A stretch of DNA of 64,000 nucleotides from the NCBI GenBank assembly GCA_027491735.1, contig JAOZGP010000004.1, positions 19,523 to 83,522 on the forward strand, given 5' to 3'. Position 1 is the first letter of the stretch, and every line of letters begins with the position of its first letter. Below the pieces are notes generated by a model, which had not been told where the DNA came from, did not search any database, and saw nothing but the letters and a program-made list of their open reading frames with translations. Positions 10,015-19,853 of the stretch are shown here, piece after piece. This stretch comes from Thermoproteota archaeon. GTDB taxonomy: Archaea > Korarchaeota > Korarchaeia > Korarchaeales > Korarchaeaceae. The translations under genes and the position numbers were made by a program.

Positions 10015-10708
10015 CCCCGCCCAAAACCCCGAACTCCTTCAGTTCAGACACCTCGATTCTCCACGGCTCGTTCAGATTGACCCCACTCAACACCTCGGAA
10101 ACTTTTCCATCACTGAGAAGATACAGCTCACCACCTCTGAGCAGGAGCTGGACAATTCTTCCGTCGACCTCCGAGGTGTTGGTCTTCCCGCCCCACGACA
10201 CCTTCAACAGAGCTCCCTCTCTCTCCATCAAGAGGTCGGAGATAGATGCCGTTCCGTTCCCTGATAAGACGAGCAGAACCTCCCCCAATGGAGAGAAATC
10301 TGTTTTACACAGGAGTCTTCCTCTATAAAACCATCTGAAAACCTTTCTTTTATCCACAGATCCCAAGCGAACCACGACCTTCAGTGGGGACCCCACATAC
10401 GTGTACATTACCTCCTCCTCGGTGAAGGGTACTGGCTCGGTTTTGGCCACAACATCCCACCTTCCGTTCGAGTAGTTGTACACAATCACGCTCAACTTTC
10501 TATGGCTTCCAAACAGGCACTCAGCTCCCATGGAGCTGAGACCATCTATCTCCTGCGGACCTTCTCTCGAGATCGTCTGGTAAATCCTGTACATCAGCCC
10601 GCGATTCTTCTCTTCAAACTTCGAAGACGCCTGGAGCAGAGGAAGAAGTTGTAGGAGCATGAAAACCATTAGAGATATGGAGAAAAGGTACACCAGCGCG
10701 TCCCTCAA
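9998..10708 (-). CDS. membrane-anchored hypothetical protein of the pilus-like cluster
   Basis: N-terminal TM helix; overlapping operon arrangement. Confidence 0.5.
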   Translation of the reverse strand: MRDALVYLFSISLMVFMLLQLLPLLQASSKFEEKNRGLMYRIYQTISREGPQEIDGLSSMGAECLFGSHRKLSVIVYNYSNGRWDVVAKTEPVPFTEEEVMYTYVGSPLKVVVRLGSVDKRKVFRWFYRGRLLCKTDFSPLGEVLLVLSGNGTASISDLLMEREGALLKVSWGGKTNTSEVDGRIVQLLLRGGELYLLSDGKVSEVLSGVNLNEPWRIEVSELKEFGVLGGGDIFG

Positions 10709-10717
10709 GCGACCACC

Positions 10718-12172
10718 TCACGTGTATCCCTCCAACCTCCCTTCAGCTTTGTTTCCATAGAGGTCTTCAGCCACAGCAATCCAGACATGGTGCCCTCCGC
10801 CGAGAACCATGTGAGAGAGCCAGACGTAGTGTTTCTTCCCACTCCAAGAAGCCATAAGTTTGCTGTCCTGATATATCACGAGGTGAACGACCCAGTTTTG
10901 TCTCCCGAGATCGTCCAAGTAGGAGACTGCCCTAGCCTTTATGTACCACCTGTTCCTCTGAGAGCTGTAGTAGAGGCAGAGGCTCACTTCTATCGATTTC
11001 CTGTTTCTTTTGCCGTTCTTCACAGTGAAAATTGCTGATGCCGATTTGTTGTTGTCGGATGTATCGAAGACCTTCAGGAGGAGCTTGTACGTACCTGTTT
11101 TGTCGGCCCTTATTGAGAGCTCATCATTATACTGCTCTCCTTCGATCTTCTTACTCAATAGAAAGGATGTAGCACTGCCATTCACCAAAATGAGCTCAAC
11201 TCTGCTCAGATTAACTGTCGAGCTGGCGCTGATTCGAACCAAGAAGTTTGTTCCCGGCGCACCGGATTCAGGAGTCACCTGGACATCGGCTCTCATGAGG
11301 CTCGGAAGAACCTGGAGCTCGGCTGTTCTAGTGAAGGTTTTGCCGTAGGAATCAATCACCTCGAGCTTGAGAACGTAGTTTCCCACGTCCGGAGGGCTGA
11401 GAGCTTCAGAGAAAGAGAACTCCCTTGTGTGAAGATCTTCAAAGAGCGTCCGATTCAAAGGACTCATGCTCAGCCTGACGGAGAGAAACTTATCGTTTGC
11501 GGCCAATCCTCTGACGCTCAACACCGAGATCTCGCCCAGATGTATCACTTCGGGATTGAGAGAGAGCTCGAGGCTCACTGAAGTCGCAGCCACGATATCG
11601 TCCCTGCATGTAGTTGAGTTCACGCTGGAAAGACAGCTTCTGACCGTATAGTTCCCGACTCGATGGACGTTCATGTATTTGGACGTCGAGGCGTTTATGA
11701 AACCCTCCCCGAGCCAAAACCCTATGGCTGTTTGTTTGGGACCACCTGTAAGAAAGCTTCTGAGCTTCAGTTTCGATCCACTACAGAGATCGAGTCCTAT
11801 CGCCCTGTATCTCACCTCAAACCCCGACAAGCTCCTTAGATAGACGACTCTCGGAGAGACGTTCGTCTTCAGGATCAGGCATGCGGATCTTCGAACGGAA
11901 TCCTCCCTGATCACCAAGAAGGAGTCCCCACTTCTGAGCGTTATGGTGTGGCCTCTATAGAGCGCTAAGATTCCCGATCTGTTCACATCGCTCAGCACCA
12001 GATCCAAGTGTTGCGGGGAGTACTTCAGCGTCTTGACAACCCTAACGAACTCCGACTGGAGATCTTCGTACCCGCTTGGGTGAAAACGCCGAGCTTCGCT
12101 AATCCACAGCGTGGAGAAAATTAGAACGAGGGCGATCACCAACACATACAGAGCTCTCATCAGAAGGATCAA
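10718..12172 (-). CDS. membrane-anchored protein with Ig-like domains (adhesin candidate)
   Basis: N-terminal TM; repeated GxYxLxLxVxDxxG/N Ig-like strand motifs. Confidence 0.55.
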   Translation of the reverse strand: MILLMRALYVLVIALVLIFSTLWISEARRFHPSGYEDLQSEFVRVVKTLKYSPQHLDLVLSDVNRSGILALYRGHTITLRSGDSFLVIREDSVRRSACLILKTNVSPRVVYLRSLSGFEVRYRAIGLDLCSGSKLKLRSFLTGGPKQTAIGFWLGEGFINASTSKYMNVHRVGNYTVRSCLSSVNSTTCRDDIVAATSVSLELSLNPEVIHLGEISVLSVRGLAANDKFLSVRLSMSPLNRTLFEDLHTREFSFSEALSPPDVGNYVLKLEVIDSYGKTFTRTAELQVLPSLMRADVQVTPESGAPGTNFLVRISASSTVNLSRVELILVNGSATSFLLSKKIEGEQYNDELSIRADKTGTYKLLLKVFDTSDNNKSASAIFTVKNGKRNRKSIEVSLCLYYSSQRNRWYIKARAVSYLDDLGRQNWVVHLVIYQDSKLMASWSGKKHYVWLSHMVLGGGHHVWIAVAEDLYGNKAEGRLEGYT

Positions 12173-12278
12173 GCTGGAAAAGATATTTCAAGGCCTGATA
12201 TCCAACAAGTTTTCAGAGAACTTTCGGTTCTCGGGAAAACTTTTATTTCTGACCCATCAGGGAAGAGAAGGTGATTGT

Positions 12279-13574
12279 TTGGACGAAGCAAGGCTTCCAA
12301 GAGGTTTCAGGGACTTCCCTCCGGAGATCATGATACTCAGAAAGGAGGTCATGAACAGGATAGAGAACCTCTTTCAGAGGTATGGGTTTGACCCGATGGA
12401 AACCACATCAATAGAGCTCTGGGAGACTGTTAAGGGAAAACTGGGCCATGAAGCTGAGAACAAGCTCATGTTCGTCTTCCCGGACTTCTTCAGCAAGGAG
12501 TGGTTGGCCCTCAGGTACGATCTCACGATGTCGCTGGCCAGGTATGTCGCCACCCACCAGGACATCCCCCTTCCGTTCAAGAGGTATCAGATAGGAAGGG
12601 TGTGGAGGCATGAGGAGCCGCAGAGAGGGAGATACAGAGAGTTCTGGCAATGCGATGCTGACACAGTCGGATCAGGTCATCCAGAGGCTGATGCCGAGCT
12701 TATACTGTTGATAGCCGATGTCATGGACATGTTCGGTTTGCGGAGGTTCACTGTCAAGCTTAACGACAGAGGCCTGCTGGCAGCGATATTCGAGAGAGAG
12801 CTTGATGTGAGGAATCCCCTCCCTGTGTATCGGGCAATAGACAAGCTCGATAAGATAGGTTGGCAGGAAGTTAGAAGAGAGCTCGAGGCCCTAGGAATGA
12901 GCGAGAGCATGGTTGACAGGATAGGTGAGCTCATATCCTCCTCAGGAAGTGAGGATGTTCTGGACATCTTGCGGAGGAGGTTCGGCTCTGAGCAGATCGA
13001 GGAGGCTGCTGCGAGGCTTGAGGAGATATTATCCATCGTGAACGATGATAGGGTCAGAATAGACCTGAGCCTGGTCAGGGGCCTCGATTACTACACGGGT
13101 CCGATCTTCGAGCTTGCCATAGAGAGACCGAGGATCGGAAGCCTGGCGGGTGGGGGGAGGTACGACAAGCTCGTAGGTAAGTATGGTGGCAGGGACGTGC
13201 CTGCTACTGGTGTGAGCATAGGGGTTGAGAGGCTCATAGACGCCTGTCTTGAGCTGGGAATCCTTGAGCTAAGCAAGAGATCTCTGAGCGACGTCTACGT
13301 CGTATCTGTAGGAGAGAGCTCAAGACCTTATGCCTGGAGGGTGGCCTCTGTCCTGAGGAAAGGTGGTCTGAACGTCTCCGTAGATCTCATGAGGAGAAGT
13401 CACTTGATGCAGAGGAAGCATGCCAAAAAGCTTGGTGTGAGGATTCTGGCATTCGTTGGGATCAAGGAAATGTCCTCAGAGAGCGTGTCGCTCTACGATA
13501 CTGAGACCTCGGAGAGGATTGTGTGCTCCTTCAGTGAGGTTGTGGATGAGGTGAGGAAGATGGTGAGGAGGTGA
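12279..13574 (+). CDS. hisS: histidine--tRNA ligase
   Basis: PRGFRDF, LRYDLT, GRYREFWQCDAD, LVRGLDYYTG and GGGRYD motifs; TTG start at 12279 after GGTGA. Confidence 0.97.
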   Translation: MDEARLPRGFRDFPPEIMILRKEVMNRIENLFQRYGFDPMETTSIELWETVKGKLGHEAENKLMFVFPDFFSKEWLALRYDLTMSLARYVATHQDIPLPFKRYQIGRVWRHEEPQRGRYREFWQCDADTVGSGHPEADAELILLIADVMDMFGLRRFTVKLNDRGLLAAIFERELDVRNPLPVYRAIDKLDKIGWQEVRRELEALGMSESMVDRIGELISSSGSEDVLDILRRRFGSEQIEEAAARLEEILSIVNDDRVRIDLSLVRGLDYYTGPIFELAIERPRIGSLAGGGRYDKLVGKYGGRDVPATGVSIGVERLIDACLELGILELSKRSLSDVYVVSVGESSRPYAWRVASVLRKGGLNVSVDLMRRSHLMQRKHAKKLGVRILAFVGIKEMSSESVSLYDTETSERIVCSFSEVVDEVRKMVRR

Positions 13575-14254
13575 TCGCCCTGAGAATAAAGATATCCGAG
13601 GATGTGAGACCTCTCGAAGTTTTTCTAGCATATGCCACGGCGTCCGGGGTCGTCGTTGATGGGAGAGGAGAGGATATGGAGAGCTACATCAAGAAAACTG
13701 TCTTGAGCCTACAGGAGAGGTTCTCGCCTCTGAGGAGGGTAGGAGAGGATCCAACTGCGAGGGCCTTGAGAAAGTTCTACTGGAGGATCGGGATAGATCC
13801 CACCAAGATTAGGCCCAGCAGTGAGGCTCTGGTTAGGAGGATCGTTGGAAAGGGTGCCTTTCCTAGGATAAACAACGTGGTCGATGCCATAAACCTTGCA
13901 AGCGCTGAAACACTGGTTCCCATAGGTCTCTACGACATCGACAAGGTCGAGGGCGATGTACAGATGAGAAGGGCTAGGGAGGGGGAGGTCTTCATTCCGA
14001 TAGGAGGAAAGGAGATTTCTCTCGCTGGAGGAGAGCCTGTACTCGCTGATTCCCAGAAGATTATGTTCCTGTATCCGTACAGGGACTCAGAGCTGACCAA
14101 GGTTGATGAGAGCACCAAAGAGGTGCTCATAGTTGGAGCAGGGGTTCCAGGCATTGAGAGACCTCTTGTTAGGAGGGCTGTTAACCTGTCCATTGAGCTC
14201 TTGGAGAGGTTTTGCTCTGGAAGACGAAACTCCGAGACTATAGAGGTTGGGTGA
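13571..14254 (+). CDS. stand-alone B3/B4 (PheRS-beta editing-like) domain protein
   Basis: IGIDPTKIRPSSEAL, PRINNVVDAINLAS and PIGLYDIDK motifs. Confidence 0.9.
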   Translation: MIALRIKISEDVRPLEVFLAYATASGVVVDGRGEDMESYIKKTVLSLQERFSPLRRVGEDPTARALRKFYWRIGIDPTKIRPSSEALVRRIVGKGAFPRINNVVDAINLASAETLVPIGLYDIDKVEGDVQMRRAREGEVFIPIGGKEISLAGGEPVLADSQKIMFLYPYRDSELTKVDESTKEVLIVGAGVPGIERPLVRRAVNLSIELLERFCSGRRNSETIEVG

Positions 14255-14501
14255 TCCTCTTCAGGGCCTCAACTATATCCTCCAGACTCACTCCCACCAG
14301 GACACACCTCCTCAGCGAGCTCTTGACGATCTCCTCCACATCGGTCACCTTCTTCCCGATGAGCTCCCTCTCCAGCTTGTCTATAGATCCCTCAGGGAAT
14401 GCAAAGAAGTCTCCAGAGATCTTAACTTTCTTTATCACTCCCCTCTCAGTCGAGCATGAGATAATGAGGGTCTTCTCCCTGCGGATGATGAGCTCCCTCA
14501 A
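14238..14501 (-). CDS. lipoate-protein ligase C-terminal (LplB-like) subunit
   Basis: IKKVKISGDFFAFPEGSIDKLERELIG; adjacent to the catalytic subunit. Confidence 0.88.
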   Translation of the reverse strand: MRELIIRREKTLIISCSTERGVIKKVKISGDFFAFPEGSIDKLERELIGKKVTDVEEIVKSSLRRCVLVGVSLEDIVEALKRITQPL

Positions 14502-14505
14502 GGCC

Positions 14506-14550
14506 CCATCTCACCTCACCTCATCTCACCTCACCTCATCTCATCTCATT
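14506..14550. repeat. tandem pentamer array (TCAYC)n, about 9 units
   Basis: ccatc tcacc tcacc tcatc tcacc tcacc tcatc tcatc tcatt, read directly from the sequence. Confidence 0.9.
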
Positions 14551-15279
14551 CCACTTCTCCGAGCCGTATTTCCTCTCGAGCTCTGAGGTAAGGTTTAGCT
14601 CGTCTTCTGTGGGATTTGATGGAACCAGCTCTTCACCTAGAGCCCTGGAGAATCCTTTTATAGCAGCGCTCAATACCTCATCGAAGGACACCTCCCTTCC
14701 GAGCTGCTCGCTCACGGTCGTCACTCTCCCCCTCACCGAGCTCACACCTTTTTCCAATAACTTCTCTGTCGGAGGTGTTAGCAGCTCCTGCATGAGCTCA
14801 AGATCTGTGTTGTAGAGGATGGTTCCGTGCTGAAGTATGAACCCACGCCTCCTCGTCTGAGCACTTCCTGAGATCTTTCTGCCGGAGACAATCACGTCAT
14901 TTATGGGTACAAAGGAGGCCTCCAGACCAAGCTCCTCGAGAGTCAATACGACCCCAAGGCATATCCTCCTGAAGCTTTTCTCCACCTCCTCACCTGGGAT
15001 TTCGGGAACAACGATTGAGTAGGTAAGCTCGCCCTTCTCGTCGTGTAGAACTGCTCCTCCTCCCGTTGGCCTTCTAACCACATCTATTCCTAAGGAGAGG
15101 GCTTTTCGCAGATTAACAGCTTTTTCAATGCTTTGAAAATATCCTATGGTGATGGCTGTCGGAGAGAACCTATAGAACCTGATCGCTGGCTCCGATCTTC
15201 CCAATGAAATCAGCTCGAGAAGAGCCTCATCCAAAGCCATGTTGAACTTAGCATCTCCGCTGACAAGAAGCAACCTCAT
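14536..15279 (-). CDS. lplA: lipoate-protein ligase A catalytic subunit
   Basis: NMALDEALL, RRPTGGGAVLHD, ND..GRKISGSAQ and QHGT motifs. Confidence 0.93.
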   Translation of the reverse strand: MRLLLVSGDAKFNMALDEALLELISLGRSEPAIRFYRFSPTAITIGYFQSIEKAVNLRKALSLGIDVVRRPTGGGAVLHDEKGELTYSIVVPEIPGEEVEKSFRRICLGVVLTLEELGLEASFVPINDVIVSGRKISGSAQTRRRGFILQHGTILYNTDLELMQELLTPPTEKLLEKGVSSVRGRVTTVSEQLGREVSFDEVLSAAIKGFSRALGEELVPSNPTEDELNLTSELERKYGSEKWNEMR

Positions 15280-15309
15280 CAGCGAGACCTCTCCTGAAAC
15301 CGTTTAAAG

Positions 15310-16482
15310 TTGTTGGGACCTCTTTTGTCGATGGAGTTGAGCAGAGCGTATAAGGCGATAATCCTGCTCGGAACCGTGAGCCTCTTCGCTGACATGACGT
15401 ATGAGGGGGGCAGAAGCATAATACCTGGATTTTTGAGGTCTTTGGGCGCTTCCTACACGGATGTAGGACTCATCGTGGGATCATCCGAGTTCCTTGGATA
15501 TGCCACCAGGTTGCCCGCTGGATTGCTCGCGGATCTGACCGGAAGCTACTGGACGGCCACCCTGGTGGGATATGTAATCAACATGCTTTCAGTACCTTTG
15601 CTAGCTGTAGTTCCCTCTCTCAGTTGGGCTGCAATCCTCATAATATCTGAGAGACTGGGAAAAGCCCTGAGATCTCCGGCTAGAGACGTCATTCTCAGTG
15701 CAGCTACGGAGGAGATTGGAACAGGAAGGGCCTTTGGATTGCATGAGTTGATGGATCAGATAGGCGCTCTCTTAGGACCTGTCGTGGTGGCTTTAGCACT
15801 CCTCATTGGAAGATCGATCAGATGGGCCTTCTCGTTTCTACTCCTTCCAGCAACAGTTGCGATTCTCATGGTCTTGATGGCTTACCTTCTGCTGAAGGAT
15901 CACGTGATGAAGCTGCCTCGAGGAAGAAGCTCCCTGGAGGGAATCAGGTCACTTCCCACAAAGTTTTGGATCTACGTGGCCGCCGTTGCAGTAAGCACAG
16001 CAGGCTTTCTGCACTACGCCCTGATAGCCTACAGGATGCAGGAACTTGTTGATGAGTGGACGGTGGCCCTCAGCTTCGGGGCAGCCATGGGGATCGATGC
16101 CGTTGCGGCAGTCTCCCTCGGACTCATGTACGACAGATGTGGATTGTCGATCTTTCCCCTGGTGTTTGTGTTGAACACCGCTCCTGCTCTGCTGGCGATA
16201 ACCAAAAGCCCCTACACGCTCGTGGCAGCTGTGTTGTGGTTTGGAGTTGGTATGGGAGCTCAGGAATCGATATATAGATCGGTGATAGCTGATCTATCGC
16301 CTTTAGAGCTGAGAGGAACTGCTTATGGCGTATTCAACCTGGCCTACGGTGTTGCTTGGGTTATCGGAGGTGGTTTAATGGGTCTTCTTTATGATATGGG
16401 AATGCCCGAGCTTGTCGCGGTCATGTCGGGAGCTCTGCAGACGATCGCCATTCTCCTCCTCAAACGGTCGACAGTAGAATGA
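15310..16482 (+). CDS. MFS transporter
   Basis: VSLFADMTYEG, ERLGKALRSPARD and GRAFGLHE motifs; about 12 TM. Start may be 15331. Confidence 0.9.
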   Translation: MLGPLLSMELSRAYKAIILLGTVSLFADMTYEGGRSIIPGFLRSLGASYTDVGLIVGSSEFLGYATRLPAGLLADLTGSYWTATLVGYVINMLSVPLLAVVPSLSWAAILIISERLGKALRSPARDVILSAATEEIGTGRAFGLHELMDQIGALLGPVVVALALLIGRSIRWAFSFLLLPATVAILMVLMAYLLLKDHVMKLPRGRSSLEGIRSLPTKFWIYVAAVAVSTAGFLHYALIAYRMQELVDEWTVALSFGAAMGIDAVAAVSLGLMYDRCGLSIFPLVFVLNTAPALLAITKSPYTLVAAVLWFGVGMGAQESIYRSVIADLSPLELRGTAYGVFNLAYGVAWVIGGGLMGLLYDMGMPELVAVMSGALQTIAILLLKRSTVE

Positions 16483-18126
16483 TACTGGACAGAGCTCGTT
16501 GCAGCTCCCACAGGAGGAGCATCTGGAGGGGTCTATTTTGGGAGGTCTTGATGGTATTATCGCATCACAGTAATCTGAACAGAGTCCACATCCAGCGCAG
16601 AAGTTTGATCTGGCTATCAAGCCGAAGAGACCGGGAGGAACATTTCCGTCGAAGGAGACTCCATCCTCCTCCACGATCAGAACTCCTGCATCATGAAGTA
16701 TCCTGTTGCCCTCCACCCTTCCAATCGAAGGAGCTAGTCTGAGGACCTTGTCCTTGAGGAAAGGATCAGCTCTCACCTTCCCATCCCCGATCTCGACTCT
16801 CTGCCGATACCTCTCATAGGTAGAGGCTCCAAACAGATGTCTATATCTCCTCGGCGTGTTGACCCACCTCCAGAGTCCGTACTTCACCCATCCATCTCCG
16901 TACCCCATCTTATCCGCGTAGCTCCTGAGCCATGACTCCCACTTTCCCCAGAGATCGGGATGTAGCTCCTTTATCCTCTCGTAATCGGCCAGCCTGGAAG
17001 CAGGGCAGAGGTAGCATCCGGTCCTCTCAAATCCATGGATGTAGAGTTCGTTTACTTTGAGCCTTCTCATCATCACGTAAAGCCAGATGGCGAAAGCAGA
17101 CCAGTCGTTTATCGGGGAAGCCGATGTGATCCCTGGCATCCACCTGTTCCTCCAGATCCATCCTCTTCTTCCCCTGCTAAAGGACTCATACCGTCTCTGA
17201 CCGACGAGGGTCATCAAGGTGATTCCCTTGAGGACCTTGTAGGACGGTCCTAGCTTGATCACCTTGCAACACCACCTGTAGTCCCTGGCCGGAGGACCGA
17301 AGTCCTCCAAGCACCTCCAGAACGAGTTCCCTGCATCGGCTACTACATCAGCGCCAATCTCGTCGACCAATCTCAGAGTCTCAGGCATCTCTATCCCGGT
17401 GTCGTTGAAGAAGACCAGGAAATCACGCTCGCTTCTCCTCGCTAGGTCCAGCAATGTGGTGCTGTCCTTTCCTCCTGAAAAGGAGACCACGATTTTTCCA
17501 TATTTCCTGCCGAGCTTGTTTATCAGAAGGGCAGCTCTGGACGCCTTTATGATCATCTCCTCCTCGTTTGCTCTCAGCATCTTCGAGGTGCTGTGTCTGA
17601 CGTCGATCGACCTGAACCCTTCCCTTCTGAACACACGTGTGATCACGTATCTGCCACCTACCTCCGCAGCCATAGCCTCCAGATCATTCACTAGAACGTA
17701 TTTTGAGGAGGGCTCGATGTCGAGCTCGACCCCCTTCTCGACGCAATCGCATCTCACCACGTCCATGCGGTGTTGAAGCCTCAGTGCTCCGACCTCCCTT
17801 GGTTTGAAGATCCATCTCAGGGAGAATATGTCGTAGAAGAGATAGCCGAGGATCGCTCCGTCGGCTATCACCTCATGGCATAGATCCATGTAGGGGGCCT
17901 TCCCAAAGAGGACGACCTCATCCCCATTTGGAAGAAGGTCCTCGTAGGATCCAATGCCGTAATCTCTTTCCAAGACCTCTCTGAGTAGTTTCAGGTCAGC
18001 CTCGAATGTTATCCTCGGATCGCTGGTCCTGGCCAGTGGTATCTTCAAGGGCTGACTCCCACAGATCCCGCAGGTCCTCCCCACAAGTGGGACGTTGCAG
18101 TTCGGACACCATCTGAGCAAGTTCAT
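16375..18126 (-). CDS. PAPS-reductase family protein with N-terminal Zn ribbon and C-terminal 4Fe-4S ferredoxin
   Basis: WCPNCNVP, SFSGGKDS PP-loop, RWCCKVIK, RTGCYLCP and two CxxCxxCxxxC motifs. Confidence 0.88.
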   Translation of the reverse strand: MNLLRWCPNCNVPLVGRTCGICGSQPLKIPLARTSDPRITFEADLKLLREVLERDYGIGSYEDLLPNGDEVVLFGKAPYMDLCHEVIADGAILGYLFYDIFSLRWIFKPREVGALRLQHRMDVVRCDCVEKGVELDIEPSSKYVLVNDLEAMAAEVGGRYVITRVFRREGFRSIDVRHSTSKMLRANEEEMIIKASRAALLINKLGRKYGKIVVSFSGGKDSTTLLDLARRSERDFLVFFNDTGIEMPETLRLVDEIGADVVADAGNSFWRCLEDFGPPARDYRWCCKVIKLGPSYKVLKGITLMTLVGQRRYESFSRGRRGWIWRNRWMPGITSASPINDWSAFAIWLYVMMRRLKVNELYIHGFERTGCYLCPASRLADYERIKELHPDLWGKWESWLRSYADKMGYGDGWVKYGLWRWVNTPRRYRHLFGASTYERYRQRVEIGDGKVRADPFLKDKVLRLAPSIGRVEGNRILHDAGVLIVEEDGVSFDGNVPPGLFGLIARSNFCAGCGLCSDYCDAIIPSRPPKIDPSRCSSCGSCNELCPVSFYCRPFEEENGDRLQSSRHDRDKLGHSHIIKKTH

Positions 18127-19823
18127 CAGCCCGTTGAGATCACAGGATCGATCACTTTGAGGCCGGTAACGTCTATAAGTCCTCTGCAGGTTACCCTGAG
18201 CTTCGGTATGACAGGTAGTGTTATGAAGGATAACACGGAGAAGGGATCCTCGAAGTTGGACTTTATGAATCTAGCTGCCCTCCTAAGCTCGGAGCTCCTT
18301 TCAGCAACAATTTCAGCTTTTTCAACGGACATTATTCCAAGCAAAGGGAGCTGAAGTTCTGCAAGCACTCTCCCACAGGAAACGACCGCCTGTCCTCCAT
18401 GCAACTTCCTCACAACCTCGATGGCCTTCTCCATGTCCTGAAAGTTGTCTCCCACCACCACCAGGTTGTGGCTGTCGTGCGAGACTGTCGATGCCAGAGC
18501 ACCGTTCCTTATTCCGAAACCTCTCACAAAGGCCTTTCCAACAGATCCCACGCCGCTGTGTCTCTCGATCACACACACCTGAAGCACGTCCTTCTCTGGA
18601 TCTGGGAGCACGATTCCTTTCCTCACCTTAAGTTCCTCCTCTCCGGATCCTGTGAGAAGAGATCCCTCATCTGCCTCTATAACTCTGACCCTGACCCTAT
18701 CAGCGTCCGTTCTCACCCTCAGATCGAGCTTCTTGGGGATCCTCACGGTGTTCAACAGACTCTGCTCGTATTTCCTCCTAGGGATCTCTAGCACCCTGCC
18801 GCCTCTGACAACTAATCGACCACCTACGATCGTGTGAACCACCTTCACCTTCTCCAAGTTTTTGAGGACGACCACGTCCGCCTTCTTGCCGGGAGCAAGA
18901 CTTCCAAGATCATGGAGCCTGAACCTCTCAGCCACGTTTATAGTCGCCATCTGAATGGCCTGTATTGGATCGGCTCCCATCTCGATGGCCAGACGTATGT
19001 TGTGGTCCACGTGACCTTTCTCGAGAAGATCCTCAGCTGACCTGTCGTCACAGCAAAGAAGGCACCTCCTCGTGTCCATTCCTCTGCTAAGGACCACTGG
19101 AAGGATTTTTCTCATGTCCTGGGAGGCCGATCCCTCCCGAAGCATCACATACATTCCTAGCCTGAGTTTCTCCAAGACCTCATCAGGGCAGGTCGATTCA
19201 TGATCCGACTGAGGACCCTTCAGCATGTACTTACAGAGGTCCTTTCCTGAGAGAAGAGGGGCGTGACCGTCAACCACCCCCCAGATTCTCATGGCCATGT
19301 GGACCTTGCTCAGAAGCCTCCCATCTCCCCCTATCAGGCCATGATAGTTCATCACCTCAGCAAGTCCAACGACCATCTCCTCGTCTCGGTAGCTCAGAAT
19401 GTCCTCCTCATCAATTCTCGCACCAGATACGTCCAGTTCTTCGACAGCCGGAACGCAACTTGGGATCAGAACAAATATCCTCAGAGGAGAGGGAGTCCTG
19501 AGGAACAAATCCACACCTCTCTTTCCCGCCACGTTTGCTGACTCATGAGGATCTATGAAGACCGAGGTCGTTCCTCTTAGGAGGACAACCCTCGAGAACT
19601 CCTCAGGTGATAGCTTGCTGCTCTCTATGTGGATGTGAGCGTCCATGAAGCCAGGAGATATATACATCTCCGTTACATTGATCTCCTCGCCGGAAAGATC
19701 TTTGAGATCCCCTATACACACAATCCGCCCATCTTTTATGGCTACATCCGCTGTGAAGATGTCTCTGGCGTGGACATCTATTACAAACCCATCCCTGAGT
19801 ATCAGATCAACCCTGTCGGGCAC
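18126..19823 (-). CDS. ade: adenine deaminase
   Basis: DAHIHIESS, DPHE, GLAEVMN, DGHAP, SDHES and HDSHN motifs. Confidence 0.93.
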   Translation of the reverse strand: MPDRVDLILRDGFVIDVHARDIFTADVAIKDGRIVCIGDLKDLSGEEINVTEMYISPGFMDAHIHIESSKLSPEEFSRVVLLRGTTSVFIDPHESANVAGKRGVDLFLRTPSPLRIFVLIPSCVPAVEELDVSGARIDEEDILSYRDEEMVVGLAEVMNYHGLIGGDGRLLSKVHMAMRIWGVVDGHAPLLSGKDLCKYMLKGPQSDHESTCPDEVLEKLRLGMYVMLREGSASQDMRKILPVVLSRGMDTRRCLLCCDDRSAEDLLEKGHVDHNIRLAIEMGADPIQAIQMATINVAERFRLHDLGSLAPGKKADVVVLKNLEKVKVVHTIVGGRLVVRGGRVLEIPRRKYEQSLLNTVRIPKKLDLRVRTDADRVRVRVIEADEGSLLTGSGEEELKVRKGIVLPDPEKDVLQVCVIERHSGVGSVGKAFVRGFGIRNGALASTVSHDSHNLVVVGDNFQDMEKAIEVVRKLHGGQAVVSCGRVLAELQLPLLGIMSVEKAEIVAERSSELRRAARFIKSNFEDPFSVLSFITLPVIPKLRVTCRGLIDVTGLKVIDPVISTG

Positions 19824-19853
19824 GTGGAGAATGTCGATATCAAAAATAAAAAC

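Noticed and set aside
3369-12172. Archaellum operon
   Set aside because: No recognisable archaellin ArlB N-terminus and no ArlH; only the ATPase, platform and ArlF/G-like folds are shared.
16375-16482. 108-bp convergent overlap of the MFS and PAPS-reductase-family genes
   Set aside because: The extra C-terminal tail is non-conserved-looking run-on, common in compact archaeal genomes.
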